A DNA stretch of 64,000 nt from Hyphochytrium catenoides. Its lineage: Eukaryota; Protista; Hyphochytriomycota. The position numbers and the translations under genes were made by a program. Of this stretch, positions 12,219 to 25,251 are shown piece after piece. The notes below the pieces were generated by a model, which saw only the letters and a program-made list of their open reading frames with translations, did no database searches and was not told where the DNA came from. The stretch's first letter is position 1. Every line of letters begins with the position of its first letter. The DNA lies in NCBI GenBank assembly GCA_900088475.1, contig FLMG01000277.1, positions 1-64,000 of the forward strand, given 5' to 3'.

Positions 12219-15200
12219 CTATTTGTTCTTGAAATACTCGTTGATCTTCGCCTGGATAGCGTCGCAGCTCTTCTTGGCGTCTCCCAGTAACATGGCAGCA
12301 TTTTCTTTGTAGAACACAGGGTTTGGTACTTCGGCGTACCCAGAACCCATGGTTCTCTTCATGATAATGACGTGCTTGCTCTTCCACGCCTCAAGCACTG
12401 GCATGCCCGCGATAGGAGAGTCTGGGTCCTCCTGTGCGGAGGAGTTGATGGTGTCATTAGCGCCAATAACAAGCGTGACATCGGCCTCAGAGAACTGTGG
12501 GTTGATGTCTTCCATCTCGTGGACGATGTCATACGGAACGCCAGCCTACGGATGGGTGGAGGAAAGGAGTAAGCATCAGTGGAGAACACAGGGAGAGATC
12601 ACATGAGAGCTAAGCCATGAAGAGAAGCAATGGTTTGGAGGTCTGAGATCATCAAGAACCTTAGGATGTGAGAACACGGAGTGAGGCAATCAGATGGCAT
12701 TGATGCAAGATCTTCCTCTCAATACTCACCTCAGCAAGCAGTACATTGAGCTGTCCTGGCATCCTTCCTGCGACTGGGTGGATCGCAAAGGACACCTCAA
12801 CACCATGGTCCCGAAGGTTCTTTACAATGTCCGCAACCGCATACTGAGCTTTGGCAACCGCTAGGCCGTATCCAGGGGTGATAATGACCTTCTTAGCGTT
12901 CACAAGGGCGTCTACTGCATGATCGATGTTGGTCTCTCGGTGCTCGCCAAAAGAGGAGGCAGAGGCGGACTTTGTGCTGGTGGTGGTGCCGTAACCTCCG
13001 AATATAACGTTCGCAAGAGATCGGTTCATTGCTCTGCACATAATGTATGAGAGAATGGCGCCTGAGGAGCCGATGAGGGCACCGACGGTCGTCATGATAT
13101 CATTGCCCAACATAAAGCCCTCAGCACAGAGAGCCCACCCACTATAACTGTTCAGAACAGTGATTGCTACAGGCATGTCCGCTCCGCCAATAGAGCCAGT
13201 GATGTGATACCCAAGACCAGTTGATAGCGCAGCGGTGGCTGCCAGGCTTGCTGCACCGGTGCCAGACGCAGGGTCAGCGAGGAAGGCACCGGCAGCTCCC
13301 ACGTGCGCCGCCAGGAGGCCCAGGTTGATATAATTTTTCCCTGGTAGATCAAGAGGCTTGGACTTCATCAGTCCGTGCAGCTTGCCAAATGCCACCATGG
13401 AGCCAGTCAAGGTGACACCACCAATGGCGGTGCCAAAGAAAATGCTTGCTGCATGCAATCCGGCCCTAGGGTCCGTGGCGAAATGTGGGATGTGCTCTAA
13501 ATAAGAGGCACCGCATGTCATCATAGCTGCAAGGCCCACCAGACTGTGGAAAGCTGCCACCATTTGTGGCAGCTCCGTCACCGCCATCTTCCGAGCAATT
13601 ACAGCGCCGATGCCAGCTCCTGCGCCACCCACAGCTGCAATTTGTGCGAGAGTAGCTGGAGAGGCTTCCAGTCCCCCCAAAGTGGCTAAGAGAGCGCTGC
13701 CCACACCAAGCATACCCAAAGCATTTCCGTAAGGCGCAGTCTTCTGGGTCGCTAAAGCCCCGATGGATCCAATGCACATGACGGCAGGGGCTAAGTATGC
13801 CGCGCTCTGCACGTCAACGTGGCCCGTGGCCAATGCTCCAAGGTATCCAGCTACATAGGTTGCTGCAGGCACAACAAAGAGATGATTGTGTTGGGGAGGG
13901 TCTGTGGGCCGCTTGAACATATCCAACATGCGTTTGGTCACCAAGAATCCACCAGATATATTGATAGTAGAAGCAAAGACAGCTCCAGCAGCCAATGCTT
14001 GAGCAGATGTAGAAGGCAGGTACCCGCCACCCATGAGGACAAGGCCACCGACGGCTGTGAGGCCTGAGATGGCGTTGGTGACAGACATCAGAGGTGAGTG
14101 GAGCGCGGGATGCACTCCCCAGACCACGTAGTATCCTGCCACACCCGATAGAGCAAAGGTAGTCATCATCTGAGCGAATGAAGGGTCAGGAGAGAAGGCT
14201 CCCAGAGCTAGTGTCGCAGCTGTTCCCAAGGTAGTGGCGCCAGCGATGCGGACTGTCTCGTCCCATTTTTCCTTGGCAGCAATCTGCTCTGGGGAGAGCT
14301 TCACCACCTCTACCTTTGGCTTCTCTTCGTCCTCTTCGGAAGACTTGGTAGGCTTTGGCTTGTGCACTGGGGGCGGAGGCGGCCATAGAAGGTCCCCATC
14401 ATGCGCAATGATAGAACCGCGAACCACTTCATCCTCAAGGTCAACAGAGAACTCTCCTGTTAACGAAGCAACGTTGATTAGTGCGTGGCAGGAGGGCCAA
14501 CAGGACAGGCCAAAGTAGAATGCCATACCAGACTAGCACAGAGTTAGGTATATCGAAGAGGAAGGTCAGAGCAAAGGTCGCCAAAGCTGTTCTTACCCTT
14601 TTTCGAGTCTCCCATGGACAGCAGGAGCTTGAGAATGTTGTTAGAATACAGGGAGCTTGACTGGGTTGGGACTCTGGATGGCCAGTCTGTGTAGCCGATA
14701 ACATTGACGCCGTTGCTATGTACATAGTGCTCTCCAGGCTTTGTTAGTGCGCAGTTCCCGCCTGTCTCTGCGGCCAGGTCAATGATCACAGATCCGGGAC
14801 GCAGCGTCTCCACCATGTCTTTAGTTAATAGAAGAGGTGCAGGCTTGCCAGGGATGAGAGCAGTGGTGATGACTACGTCAACCTCCTTGCACTGCTGGCG
14901 GAACAGGGCCATCTCTGCCTCAATGAACTCTTTGGACATCTCTTTGGCATAGCCTCCAACCCCTTCCTCTAGCTGGAACCCCTTGACCTCAAGGAATTCG
15001 CCACCTAATGACTCCACTTGTTCTTTCACCGCTGGGCGTGTATCAAACACGCGAACAATAGCGCCGAGATTTCTGGCAGTGGCGGTGGCGGACAGCCCAG
15101 CTACGCCGCCTGAGAGGTCGAGGATATAAAGGTTGAGAGGAGGAAGAGATGTCTCAGTGCCAGTATGGAGACGACAGCTTCTTTTAGCCCCTTCCTACCT

Positions 15201-16459
15201 CCAATAATTAGAACTTTCGCAGGCGGGATACGACCTGCCGCGGTGATTTGTCCCGCAAAGAAGCGGTCGAAGACTGAGGCTGCTTCTATGACGGCTTTAT
15301 ATCCTGAGATGTTCGACATGGAACTCAGAGCATCGTAGACCTGTGCACGGCTAATGCGTGGCACACAGTCCATAGCGAAATAGGTTAGCTGGTTCTCACA
15401 AATCTTCTGCACCACATCTGCATAATGAGAAGACGGTCAGTATCAGTCTTGGACATCAGAGGGTACTGAAGAAGAAGAGAAGGATGATGTCCTCGCAATG
15501 GCCCTCGAGCGAAGAGAATGCGAGAACAAGATAGTGACTACGACTCTCAGTAAGAATCCCCATGAGCTTACCAGGATGTTGGCCAGGGTAGACGAAAGAA
15601 ATGCCGACCGCGTTGCTCTTCATCATATCTAGCTCATGCTTCTGAAAGTCAATGTTGAACTGTGGAGGGCGGACCTTGAGGACTATATCTGGAAAGTGAC
15701 GATGCGTGAGAAGACCAGATTATGTATCGTGGCAGGCTGATGTCCTAACCACCAACAAGAAATGTCTCATAGAGCAACATGTATCTTACCAGCACCCAGG
15801 ACTTCAGTGCCAGTCTTTACTTGTGCTCCAGCAGCGATGTAGTCGGCATCCTTGAAGTTTGCCTCAGCTCCAGCATGTTCTTCGACGAAGACGGTGAAGC
15901 CCGCCCGCACGAGCTTTTTGACACCCTCAGGCGACAGTGCGACACGTCTCTAGAGTAAGGCAGAGAGGTCGGTCCTGGTCAGACGCGATAGCTGTCTTCC
16001 CTGCTTATAAGTAACCCTACCTCATGGGGGTATATCTCTTTTGGCACGCCGATAATCAGGTCCTTGTATGCTCTGACGGCAGGAGGAGTGCTTGCTGCAG
16101 GCTCTACCGCAGGCTAGAGGCGCGCACAATGGGAGATGGACAGCAGGATGGAGCCCAGGGCACGTTAGTTACTACATCTGGAGGAGCTGTCCATGTTGTT
16201 TGAGAACTGAGCTTACCTCCCCAAGCTTAATGCCAGATCCAGTGCGGAATCTCCGAATCTGCTCCGTGGCAGTTCTGGCCTGAAGCCTTACTGCAGGATG
16301 CAATGCTCTGCATGAGGCCCTCCCAGCTAGCACTTTACTTGCTGTGCTTCGAAGTTCTGCAGTTGGCCGCCCTGGAAGAGCAGCACTCCAGAGTTTCGAA
16401 GTGCGAGTGCGATTAGCTGCGACCAGCCTACGGGCCAGTTCTTGGTAGATGCCCGACAT
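12219..16459 (-). CDS. NNT: Mitochondrial proton-translocating NAD(P) transhydrogenase (dI-dII-dIII, alpha-beta order), multi-exon
   Basis: Arg/Ser/Ala-rich presequence; [22 protein letters not shown]; [13 protein letters not shown]; [13 protein letters not shown]; [13 protein letters not shown]; [19 protein letters not shown]; [17 protein letters not shown]; VIGANDTIN; KRTMGSGYA. Confidence 0.98.
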
Positions 16460-17248
16460 TGTAAGGAGTCAATCTAGATAAGCCCTCTATATTGAACCTC
16501 CTCCTGCTGTCTACAGGCTCCACACTCCGTTCGAGGTGGCTGCGGTCAACGCCCCAGAGGCCGGCCCCGCCCACTCTCAGCACCGGCAGAGGTTAACGCA
16601 GTGTCGAAGTGCTGACAATTGCCGGAAGTCTGCCTGCCTACACTGTCCTACTATAAGGAAAAGATGAAGTGATGTGGATCCCAACGAGAAGCCAGCATCT
16701 CTAAGAGTGAGGATCCCCCTCTAGATTCCTCTCTCTCTTTGCAGAGCACACCTTCATACATTTTTAAAGCAAACGAGACAGCTAGGATGAGGGGTAAGCT
16801 AGCCCCCCAGCCGCTGTCTTCTGGCTGATTAAAGGAGCGATGACGAGACGAAGGGAAAAAAGAATAGGCCGAGATCAAAAGAAAGCGAGAGAAGGAAACG
16901 TGCGAGAAAGAGAGAGGGAGGGAAAAGGAGCAAGAGAGTGAGAGACAGAGAGAGCAAGAGAGACAGAGAGAGAAAGAGAGAGAAAAAGAGAAAGAGAGAA
17001 AGAGAGAGTGAAAGATGAGAGAGAGAGGAAGAGAGAGACAGAAAGTGAGAGAGGAAGAAAAGAGAGAAAGAGAGGGAGAAAGAGAGAGAAAGAGTGGGCC
17101 CAAGATGTCCCAAGCATCCAGTTCTAAACTCAAGAGAGAGAGAAAGAGAGAGAAAGAGGACAAAGAGAAAGTTGGTACTGTAGAGAGAAAAAGACGTGAC
17201 GATCAAGCTCTCTCTCCTGCTGCTCGACAAGAAAGGCGAAGGAAAGGC

Positions 17249-17297
<49 letters not shown>

Positions 17298-17676
17298 AAG
17301 AGGACAAAGAAAAGCTGCGGCTCAGATTAGATTCGGATTCCATCTGTGTTCTTACGCAGGATCTCGGAGTAATCTTTCACTATATTCCGAGTCTACGATA
17401 GAGCTAGTCCGGAATCAGGACACTTTCCGGGAGCAGAATCCATGCTTATCCTAGAAGTTAGCGATTCTTTTGACGTTACAAAGCAACCTGAAATTATCGC
17501 AATATGACAAATAAAAGGTTATCACTGTTCAAATTAGACAAAAGATCTAAATCTGCTGTATACATCTAGGGATATCGCGCAGAAGGCCTTTCCAGAATTG
17601 TCGTATAAATTCTTGTGAAGGGACATTTCTGGCATTTTTGTCCTCCTCAAGAGAGAGAACGAGACGATTCTGTGTG

Positions 17677-17730
<54 letters not shown>

Positions 17731-17791
17731 GGAACCCAGGACAGAGAGATGGAGAGAAGCAAAGAGCAAGAAGAGAGCTCTCTTCTGTGGC

Positions 17792-17878
17792 TCACTCTTG
17801 CCCACTGGTTCATGCAGAACACCTACTCTCTCTCTCTCTCTCCCCTTCATCCTCATTGTCGACCTTGACGCTCATCAG
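17792..17878 (+). pseudogene. Inverted, frameshifted fragment of the HDAC11 metal-binding segment (TLAHWFMQNTYSLSLS../FILIVDLDAHQ)
   Basis: Matches class IV HDAC 'ITLAIKFL...IIDLDAHQGNG'. The frame shifts inside a CT microsatellite. It lies on the opposite strand to the HDAC11 3' exons and has no flanking splice sites. Confidence 0.6.
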
Positions 17879-17975
17879 ACCATTTCTCTATCCAATTCTC
17901 CCTCTCTCCCTCGTTGCTTTCTCCACATATTTTCCTTAAACCATCCCTTCTCTCTCTCTTTCTTTCTCTCTTTCA

Positions 17976-18466
17976 TTATCTCTGTTCTTGCGACTCTTGC
18001 TCTCTTTTATCTCCTCCCTCCCTTGATAGAACCTTATCCTCATCCCTCCTTTCTCTCTCTCTTTCTCTCCTCAGCTGGCTGATGATCCCAAGCTTGTCCT
18101 CCAGATTCTGCATCGAGGCCGCAATGATCTGGGCATTCTCTCTCTGATAGCCACCAGAGAGAAGCATTACCACGGGAACAGAGTTTCTCTCTCTCTCTTT
18201 TGTTTCCTCTTTGTCCAGCATCAGTTCTTCCTCCTCCTGTCTCTCTCTCTCTTTCTGCTGATCTCTCTTTCTCTCTCTCTCTTCCTCTCCTGCCTCCATT
18301 GCGCATCGGAAGATGAGCTCATCTCGGGAAATAATGCAAGAGGGACTCAGATCCAGTCTGCCTAGAGGATCGCCTCTTAGACAGTCTGTCCCTAGAAAGA
18401 GAGAAAGAAGCAAAAAGGGAGAGAGAGGGAGGGGAGAGACAGAAAGGGAGAGAGAGAGAAAGAAAG

Positions 18467-18500
<34 letters not shown>

Positions 18501-18950
18501 CAAAGGGAAATGGGTAAACAAACGCAAAAAGCCACCGTTAGTCAAGTTCGTGCCAGAGGGAGAGAGAGAGAGAGTATGGAGAGAATAGAGATATCCTCTT
18601 ATACATATAGAGCCAAGAAGAGAGAGAGAGAGAGAGACAGCCCGAGACTTCTAAAAGAGAGAGAGATGATGGGGACAAAATTATCAAAAGTGCTCGTTGT
18701 GTAGAAGTTATCTCACAAGAAAGGGTGAATTATAAAAGAAACAGGAAGAGAAACAGACAGTTGGGCTTGAAACGAGAGAGAGAGGAAGCAGGGAGACTGA
18801 GACGAGAGAGAGAAAGAGAAAGTTAGACAGAGAGAGAAGCACACTGGAAGAGAGAGGGAGAGAGAAGGAAGAATGGATCTTTCTCATTAGTAGAGTAGGG
18901 TTGTTGAACAGGAAGAGAAGATTTAAATGCGTTAACATAAGAAAGCGCCT

Positions 18951-18991
<41 letters not shown>

Positions 18992-19157
18992 TGCGACGTA
19001 GACGAGAAGCTGTGGTTTGAAACCCTTTATCGCGTCTCTGACACTCTTCTCCACTCTCTCCAGGTAGTCAGCGTCTCCCCTTCCTCTCTTCACCTGAAGG
19101 GGACACTGAATAGCACGCAGCGCCTCCCCGTCATTAGGATAAATGTACGGATTGTAA
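17976..19157 (-). CDS. HDAC11: Histone deacetylase 11-like (class IV), 3' exons only; 5' part missing at the gap
   Basis: Exon 19157-18991: YNPYIYPNDGEALRAI...GDADYLERVE...FKPQLLVYVAG. Exon 18391-17976: TDCLRGDPLGRLDLSPSCIISRDELIF...VPVVMLLSGGYQ. Matches HDAC11 YN.IYP.D, GTD.L.GD.LG and SGGY. Confidence 0.85.
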
Positions 19158-19325
19158 CTGGGAGAGGGAGAGAGACAAAGAGAGAGAGAGAGGGAGAGAG
19201 AAGAGAGAGACAGAGAGAGAGAGAGAGGAATATAGATATAAAGAGAGAGGGAGAAGGAGAGAGGAGACGGTGCCAAAGTGTAGGGTCATTAGAGAGAATG
19301 AGAAAAAATAAGTGAAGAAAGAGAG

Positions 19326-19470
19326 NNNNNNNNNNNNNNNNNNNNNNNNNNNNNNNNNNNNNNNNNNNNNNNNNNNNNNNNNNNNNNNNNNNNNNNNNNN
19401 NNNNNNNNNNNNNNNNNNNNNNNNNNNNNNNNNNNNNNNNNNNNNNNNNNNNNNNNNNNNNNNNNNNNNN
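19326..19470. other. Assembly gap (N run)
   Basis: Run of n. Confidence 1.
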
Positions 19471-21984
19471 ACGAATCATCTGTGGCTTACCTTTGGGTAC
19501 GGTAGACCGAGAAGCCTAGTAATTCAAGCATTTAGCGGCTAAATTAAGGCTTTGAAAGGCACTGATTGCCCAGATGTAACTTCTATCTTCCTTTCTGCCT
19601 GACGGAATCAGCAGCGCGGCATCACCTGCTTTTGCTAACAAGAAGAAGGGAAGTTAGAGCTCTGGCGGCAGGGCGACGGATGGCACTCATCTAAAGGAAG
19701 CAGCCTTCCCAAGTACCTATGACTCTGACCAAGAGCTTGAATGTTATCTATGAAGGCGAGAAATATAGTCAGGTCCGAGAGAATTAATTTGCTCAACACA
19801 AGCGTCGGATGCTGCGTCTCTCCCTGCCGCCATCTCCTAATAGATACCACCGCACGGCTACTGATAAAAGTTCCATGTAGGTGTTGCCCCTCGGTATAGG
19901 TCGAGCTCCCAGGCGGCGAGTCTTAATTGTTGTCCCAGAGGCAATAGAAATCAATAACAGTCTGCGCACAGTGGTGTCTTTCTTTTCAATAAGTAGGAGG
20001 CTCATCGAATGTGGTTATCAACAATATTCTATAAAGGATTAGCGAGTTTCGGAAGCTAACCCTGCATCCATAGACATCTACGTGCAAACGACCGCCAGTC
20101 CCCGCCCAGCTGAGCGCTTATTAGGGAATATTGTTAGTGTGCCTATCTTCACAAAGGCTCCTCGTTCGTTAGTTCACAGTCCCACGAACGGCCAAGTTGG
20201 CTAGCTACTGCTGGATATGCGGTGCCTCCTGAGACATTGATGTAGAGCTGCACCTTTCGAAAGGACTGCCCGACGGGGTGGGCTGACTGTTCGTAAGTAA
20301 TAAGAAGCTTGTGAAAAGACCTTATAGCAAACGAGTTGCGCCCTTCCCAATCGAGCGGCTGTAGTCCTGACGAAAGGAAGTAACTCATTCGCCGTGGCAT
20401 GGAGGTTTTCTCTGTGTGTGTGTCAGTGAGCGAGCGGTATGAGGAGAGAGAGAGAAAAAAGAGAGAGGAAGCGAGAGAGAGAGAAAGAAAAAGAAGGGCA
20501 GGAAGACAAGGGAGAACCGCAGCTGTGGCACACACTTACTAACCCTTCTGACGTGGCGGCTAGTATGGAAGGAGAAAGAGCAGCCAACAAAGCAGGGTAG
20601 ATCTAAAGGCAAGAGGCGCAACTAAATCCGACGCACTGCGGGGCGGGCAGTGACTGCGCAGAGGTAACGACCTGACCACACTCAGCGATGGAACATTTTG
20701 GATTTTGAGTTCTGGACAGGCCCAGAGTCGAGGGTGGGAACTGTTATCACACACCTCGAGACAGAAGAAATGAGAGACAGAGAGAGGAAAGAAGAGAGAG
20801 AGAGCAGGAGAGAAAGAGGGAGGAGAGAGCGGGGACGAGAGAGAGTGACAGGACAGAGGGGCTTGTGAGAGAGAAAAGGGAAAAAAGGAGAGGGAGAGAG
20901 TTTGAGGGAAAGAGAGAAAGAGAGAGAAAGCAAGAGAAGTGAAAAAGACCTTGCGATGTAGCAAGAAGATGATGAGTCATGATGAGAGAGAGACGACAGA
21001 GGTGTCAGGAAAGAGGAGAAGCAGCTCGCAGCTACGACACTCATAAATTCTAATAAAAGAACCAGTGGAGCTCTCCTGGAGAAGGACAGAGAAGGAAAAT
21101 AAAGAGCGAGCGTTATTATTTATTGATTTGGTCCTATGCGTCTCTCTTTCTCTCTCTTTCTGACTGCGTCTCTCCCGCCACTGGAAGTACGACAATGGCT
21201 TCAACATCATCCTGGAACTTCCACTCTTTGCCCAATGCCTGCCTGTACAGCAGCTTCAACAAAGACTCCAATGAGAAGTGGATGCTGAGACAGAGTGTGA
21301 GAGAGAGAGAGACAGAGAGAGAGACAGAGAGAGAGACAGAGAGAGAGGACAGAGAGAGACAGAGTGAGACAGAGAGAGCGAGAGAGCGAGAGAGAGGGAG
21401 AGAGAGAGAGAAAGAGAGAGAAAGAGAGAGAAAAAGAGAGAAAGAGAGAAAAAGAGAGAGAGAGAGCGAGAGAGAAAGAGAGAGAACGGAAGAGAGGGAG
21501 AGACAGAGAGAGCGAGAGAGAAGAGAAAGAGAGAGAACGGAAGAGAGGGAGAGACAGAGAGAGAGAGAGAGAGAGATGACGACAACCCACCCTCCCAGTC
21601 TCTGGCATAAACAAGCTTCTCAAATGTTCCTAGCAGGGCATTTAAGTGATAGTACCTCCAAACAACCCGATCCTTAGCCGACTGCCTCTCTTCCTATCAG
21701 CACTCATCCTCAATCACACACCGCATCTACCCAAACGTACGCCCTAAAATGCCCCCAGGAGCATCACCAAAAGCAGTAGTAATACTTCGTCGTCGGTCCT
21801 AATCTAAGGTTATAGCCCTTCTGGTTGGGTAGTAGTAGGTTCTGTCTTTATCTTAGACGGAGGTTCTTTCGATAAACTTCCTGCCTCGGTTCCGATGAGA
21901 GAAAAGTGATGCCAGACACACGCAGGACAAGAGACACAGGGTGATGGAGACATCACTAGCACACATCATCGGCTCTCTCTCTCG

Positions 21985-22038
<54 letters not shown>

Positions 22039-22509
22039 GCTCTTTGTCTCTCTCATGTTTGCGCTGTTCATCTGTCGTCGTCACTTTTCTCCGAGGAGCA
22101 GGGACCTAGAGTTATACTGAATCGGATCACGACTAACTCCTATTAGCATCAGTAGTAACTTCCAGGAGGGAGAAGGCATACGAGAGAGAGAGACTTGAGA
22201 CCTCTCTAGCCAGGGCCAGCGGCTTCTTAAACGTTTGATCTGACAGAGCGGATGACTCCAGTTGGAGAGTTCCAGCCCCCATCCAATCAATTATCATAGG
22301 GCAACCCTGCTAAGAGCGAACCATCAGAGTAGGGAGATGACTGAGCAAGGACTACTTCGGGCAGTGCGTGTTGGATGAAGGCTTTACTTGGCGACAACTG
22401 AAAAGAAGAAGTGCCGATGAATCTAGCAAGCCCTACGTGAGACTGTACCCACCGATGTTAAGATTCCCTAGCGCGTCTTCCCGGCAACTTGGTCCCGCTT
22501 GATCCCCAA

Positions 22510-25251
22510 ATGGAACAGAAACAGAAGAGTGACCGCGCTTCGTCCTCACAGCAAGGGGCAACATCGCCGCGCAGAAAGCGCAGAAGGATCGATTCCCCTA
22601 GTCCTCGCGGCTCTTCAGAGGAATCTCCCTCAGCATCCTCTTCTGCTCTTGATAATGTAGCAGCGACTCTCGCTAGCTTTCAAGAGGAGGCGGACACCGA
22701 TGACACAGTAAGCGCCTCTGACTCGGAGTCCTCAGAATCTTTAAGCAGCAGCACTAGGAGTGACCCAAACTCGGCGGAAGATCTCAGTGCAGAGTGTTTG
22801 ATGATGAGACACCCAGAGGAAGATAAGCAAGCTCTTCACTTTCAGGGTAGTGATCTGTACAGACAAGCTGTAAGGAATGGGTCCATAGCTGCGGACCCAA
22901 GCGGTGCTTCTTCGTTTAAAGGACGTGTCAGGCATAGACAGAACCTGGAGAGGGCAGTCGCACACTTCTCAATAACAGGTAAGCTTCGCAACAAAGCTAA
23001 AAGTGGGGAGGGGAGGGATAACGGGAGGAATCCGGAGACAGACAGATAGAAGTAGAGGGAAGGAGATAATTTAGTTGAAACATTACGACCATAAGTAGGA
23101 GCCATGTATAGGAATGAGTAAGCGAGAGTGAGACAATGAGACTAGGGCAGCTTGTAGATATTACGCACTTACGTACTTCCTCACGTTAAAGGGCTCGTGA
23201 CTCCGAGCTTCAAGCTGCGAATCGGCCAAAAAGTTATTCCAAATGCCCTCAGCAGAGCTCGGGCAGAAGTCACAGCCAGCGGAGACCGCGTGTACTGCTC
23301 CCAGTTTAGTGCTGATGGCTCACTGCTGATGACCGCGGGGCAGGGGAGAGATATAAAGATCTTTTGCACTGAGACATGGCAACAGTTGCGCACGATTGAG
23401 GCCCGCAGTGTGCGGTGGACCGTCTGTGATGCTGTCTTCACTCCTGATCAGAGATTTGCTCTCTATTCCTCTCTGACAAGTGTGGTACACATGGCCAACA
23501 TTTCTGGAGACTTCGAGGTGAGTTTCCCCCTTGGCAGAAGACCTAGAATTGAAGCCTGAGTCCTGTCCCTCACTGCCTGCTTCAATAACTTTCAAACCTG
23601 GATTCTCATGGCTATCGTTATTGTCTTAATCTCCTTACGTCTTCCTCTCCGTCATCCTACTTTTTCTCCTGATCATCCTACTTGTTCCCTATAAGATTTC
23701 GTTTCCCGTGACTTCACGTCCACCCTTCCTTACAAAACTCTGGAACCCATAGATCCATGAAGCGTTGGACCTTTCAAACGGACAACTCGATGAATGCAGA
23801 GTGTTCAGCATCCAAGTTGCAGGCACAGGGACGGAGATTGTTGGTACGCCTTCCCGCCTCTTTTTGATTCATTTGCACCTTCTCGGGTCTCAGTTCCCTT
23901 TGCATGGCTCTCTTGGGGCTGACACATCTTCTGTAGCTGCTTTGCAGGATAACTCTGTTGTTGTGTTTGACATCGAGCGGAAGCGGACAGTTTTAAAGGT
24001 TGATGCACATGAAAACGACGTGAACACCATCACCTTCGCCGACAGCGAGCACAGATCGAACTTGATCCTCTCAGGTTCTGATGACTGCCTGATCAAGGTC
24101 AGCGGCAATGACGAAGTGTCACCTCTCTCTTGCTCACTATGTTTCCTCTCCGGCAGGTCTGGGACCGGCGGACGATGTCTCAGTCGAGTGGTACCCCAGT
24201 TGGGATCTTTGAGGGCCACACTGACGGTCTTACGCGTATTTCCTCCAAGGGCGACGGAGTTTACTTCGTCTCAAACTCTAAGGTTAGACAATGTCTGAGC
24301 GATGTATTTGGGAATATATGTAGGCGTCCCTTTCTCCCTGGCCCTTTCGTTCTCTAATATCTAGTCAATGGGGCTGCCATCTATCCGCCTATCCGTTCAC
24401 ATTAAGATTCAACGTCGCACATCTAGGACCAAACTTGCAAGCTATGGGACTTAAGGAAAATGCGGGAGCCGGGCCAAGCTAATAGCAGCTGGACGGTAAG
24501 TTGCAGTGCTCAGGCCGTAGGCACTGTAAATTGTGCGCGCAGGCGCTAACGAATGCTGCTCTTTGCGACCTCCAGCGTCGCTTTGACTGGGACTATCGCT
24601 TTGAGCACTACCCTGGCATGGGCAAGCCCCAGTTTCATCCGAATGACTGCTCTGTCATGACCTACAGAGGGCACTGGTAGGTTCCTTTATCTCTAGCTGG
24701 TTGAACACTGTTCTACACGTGACAACTTACACTTCCTCATGTCGTTCGTCGCTTATGGCTCCTGTAGGGTCCTAGAGACGCTCATTCGAGCCTATTTCTC
24801 TCCGCTGCATACCACGGACCAGCGTTATATTTATAGCGGGTCGTCGGGTATGCCGCCTTTTCATGACATTGAGTACTATCTGTGTGCTAACCTCATCTCG
24901 CAGACGGACGAATCTTCATTTATGACGTTCTGACCGGTCATGTTGTTGACACGCTCTCGGTAGGCCTTGTTATGACGTGGTAGTGTTTGTTCCCCTCGTC
25001 ACTTTTGCGCCTCAGGCCCATCATAATACGGTTCGAGATGTATCTTGGCACCCCTACCGCCCTCTGCTTTGCTCCTCGTCCTTCGATGGCACTGTGCTTA
25101 GCTGGGAGCATGACAGTCAGCTGCGCCTAAACAGGTATACGGTCGTTTTGAGCTCACTTTTGGCTCGTAACGGAGTGCTGATGTCGCCTACTTCTCTGTA
25201 TTTCACAGGGTTAACGACCCTCACCAACTTGCGGGCTGGAAAAAGTTCTGA
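22510..25251 (+). CDS. DCAF11: DDB1- and CUL4-associated factor 11 / WDR23 / LEC14B WD40 protein, multi-exon
   Basis: RVYCSQFSADGSLL; RWTVCDAVFTPDQRFALYSS; AHENDVNTITF; ILSGSDDCLIKVWDRR; FEGHTDGLT; KDQTCKLWDLRKM; FDWDYR; SVMTYRGH.VLETLIRAYFSP.HTTDQRYIYSGS; VRDVSWHP. NLS-like PRRKRRRI near the N-terminus. Confidence 0.93.

Larger units (their letters stand above)
16700..22050. repeat. (GA)n/(CT)n microsatellite-saturated block
   Basis: Many perfect and imperfect GA/GAGACA tracts, e.g. 16880-17310, 17680-17730, 18950-18990, 21290-21575, 21970-22035. They produce the spurious ERER/LSLS ORFs in the track. Confidence 0.95.

Noticed and set aside
16651-21677. Many ERER/LSLS-rich ORFs in the track
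   Set aside because: They are translations of GA/CT microsatellites. Only the HDAC11 segments carry family motifs.
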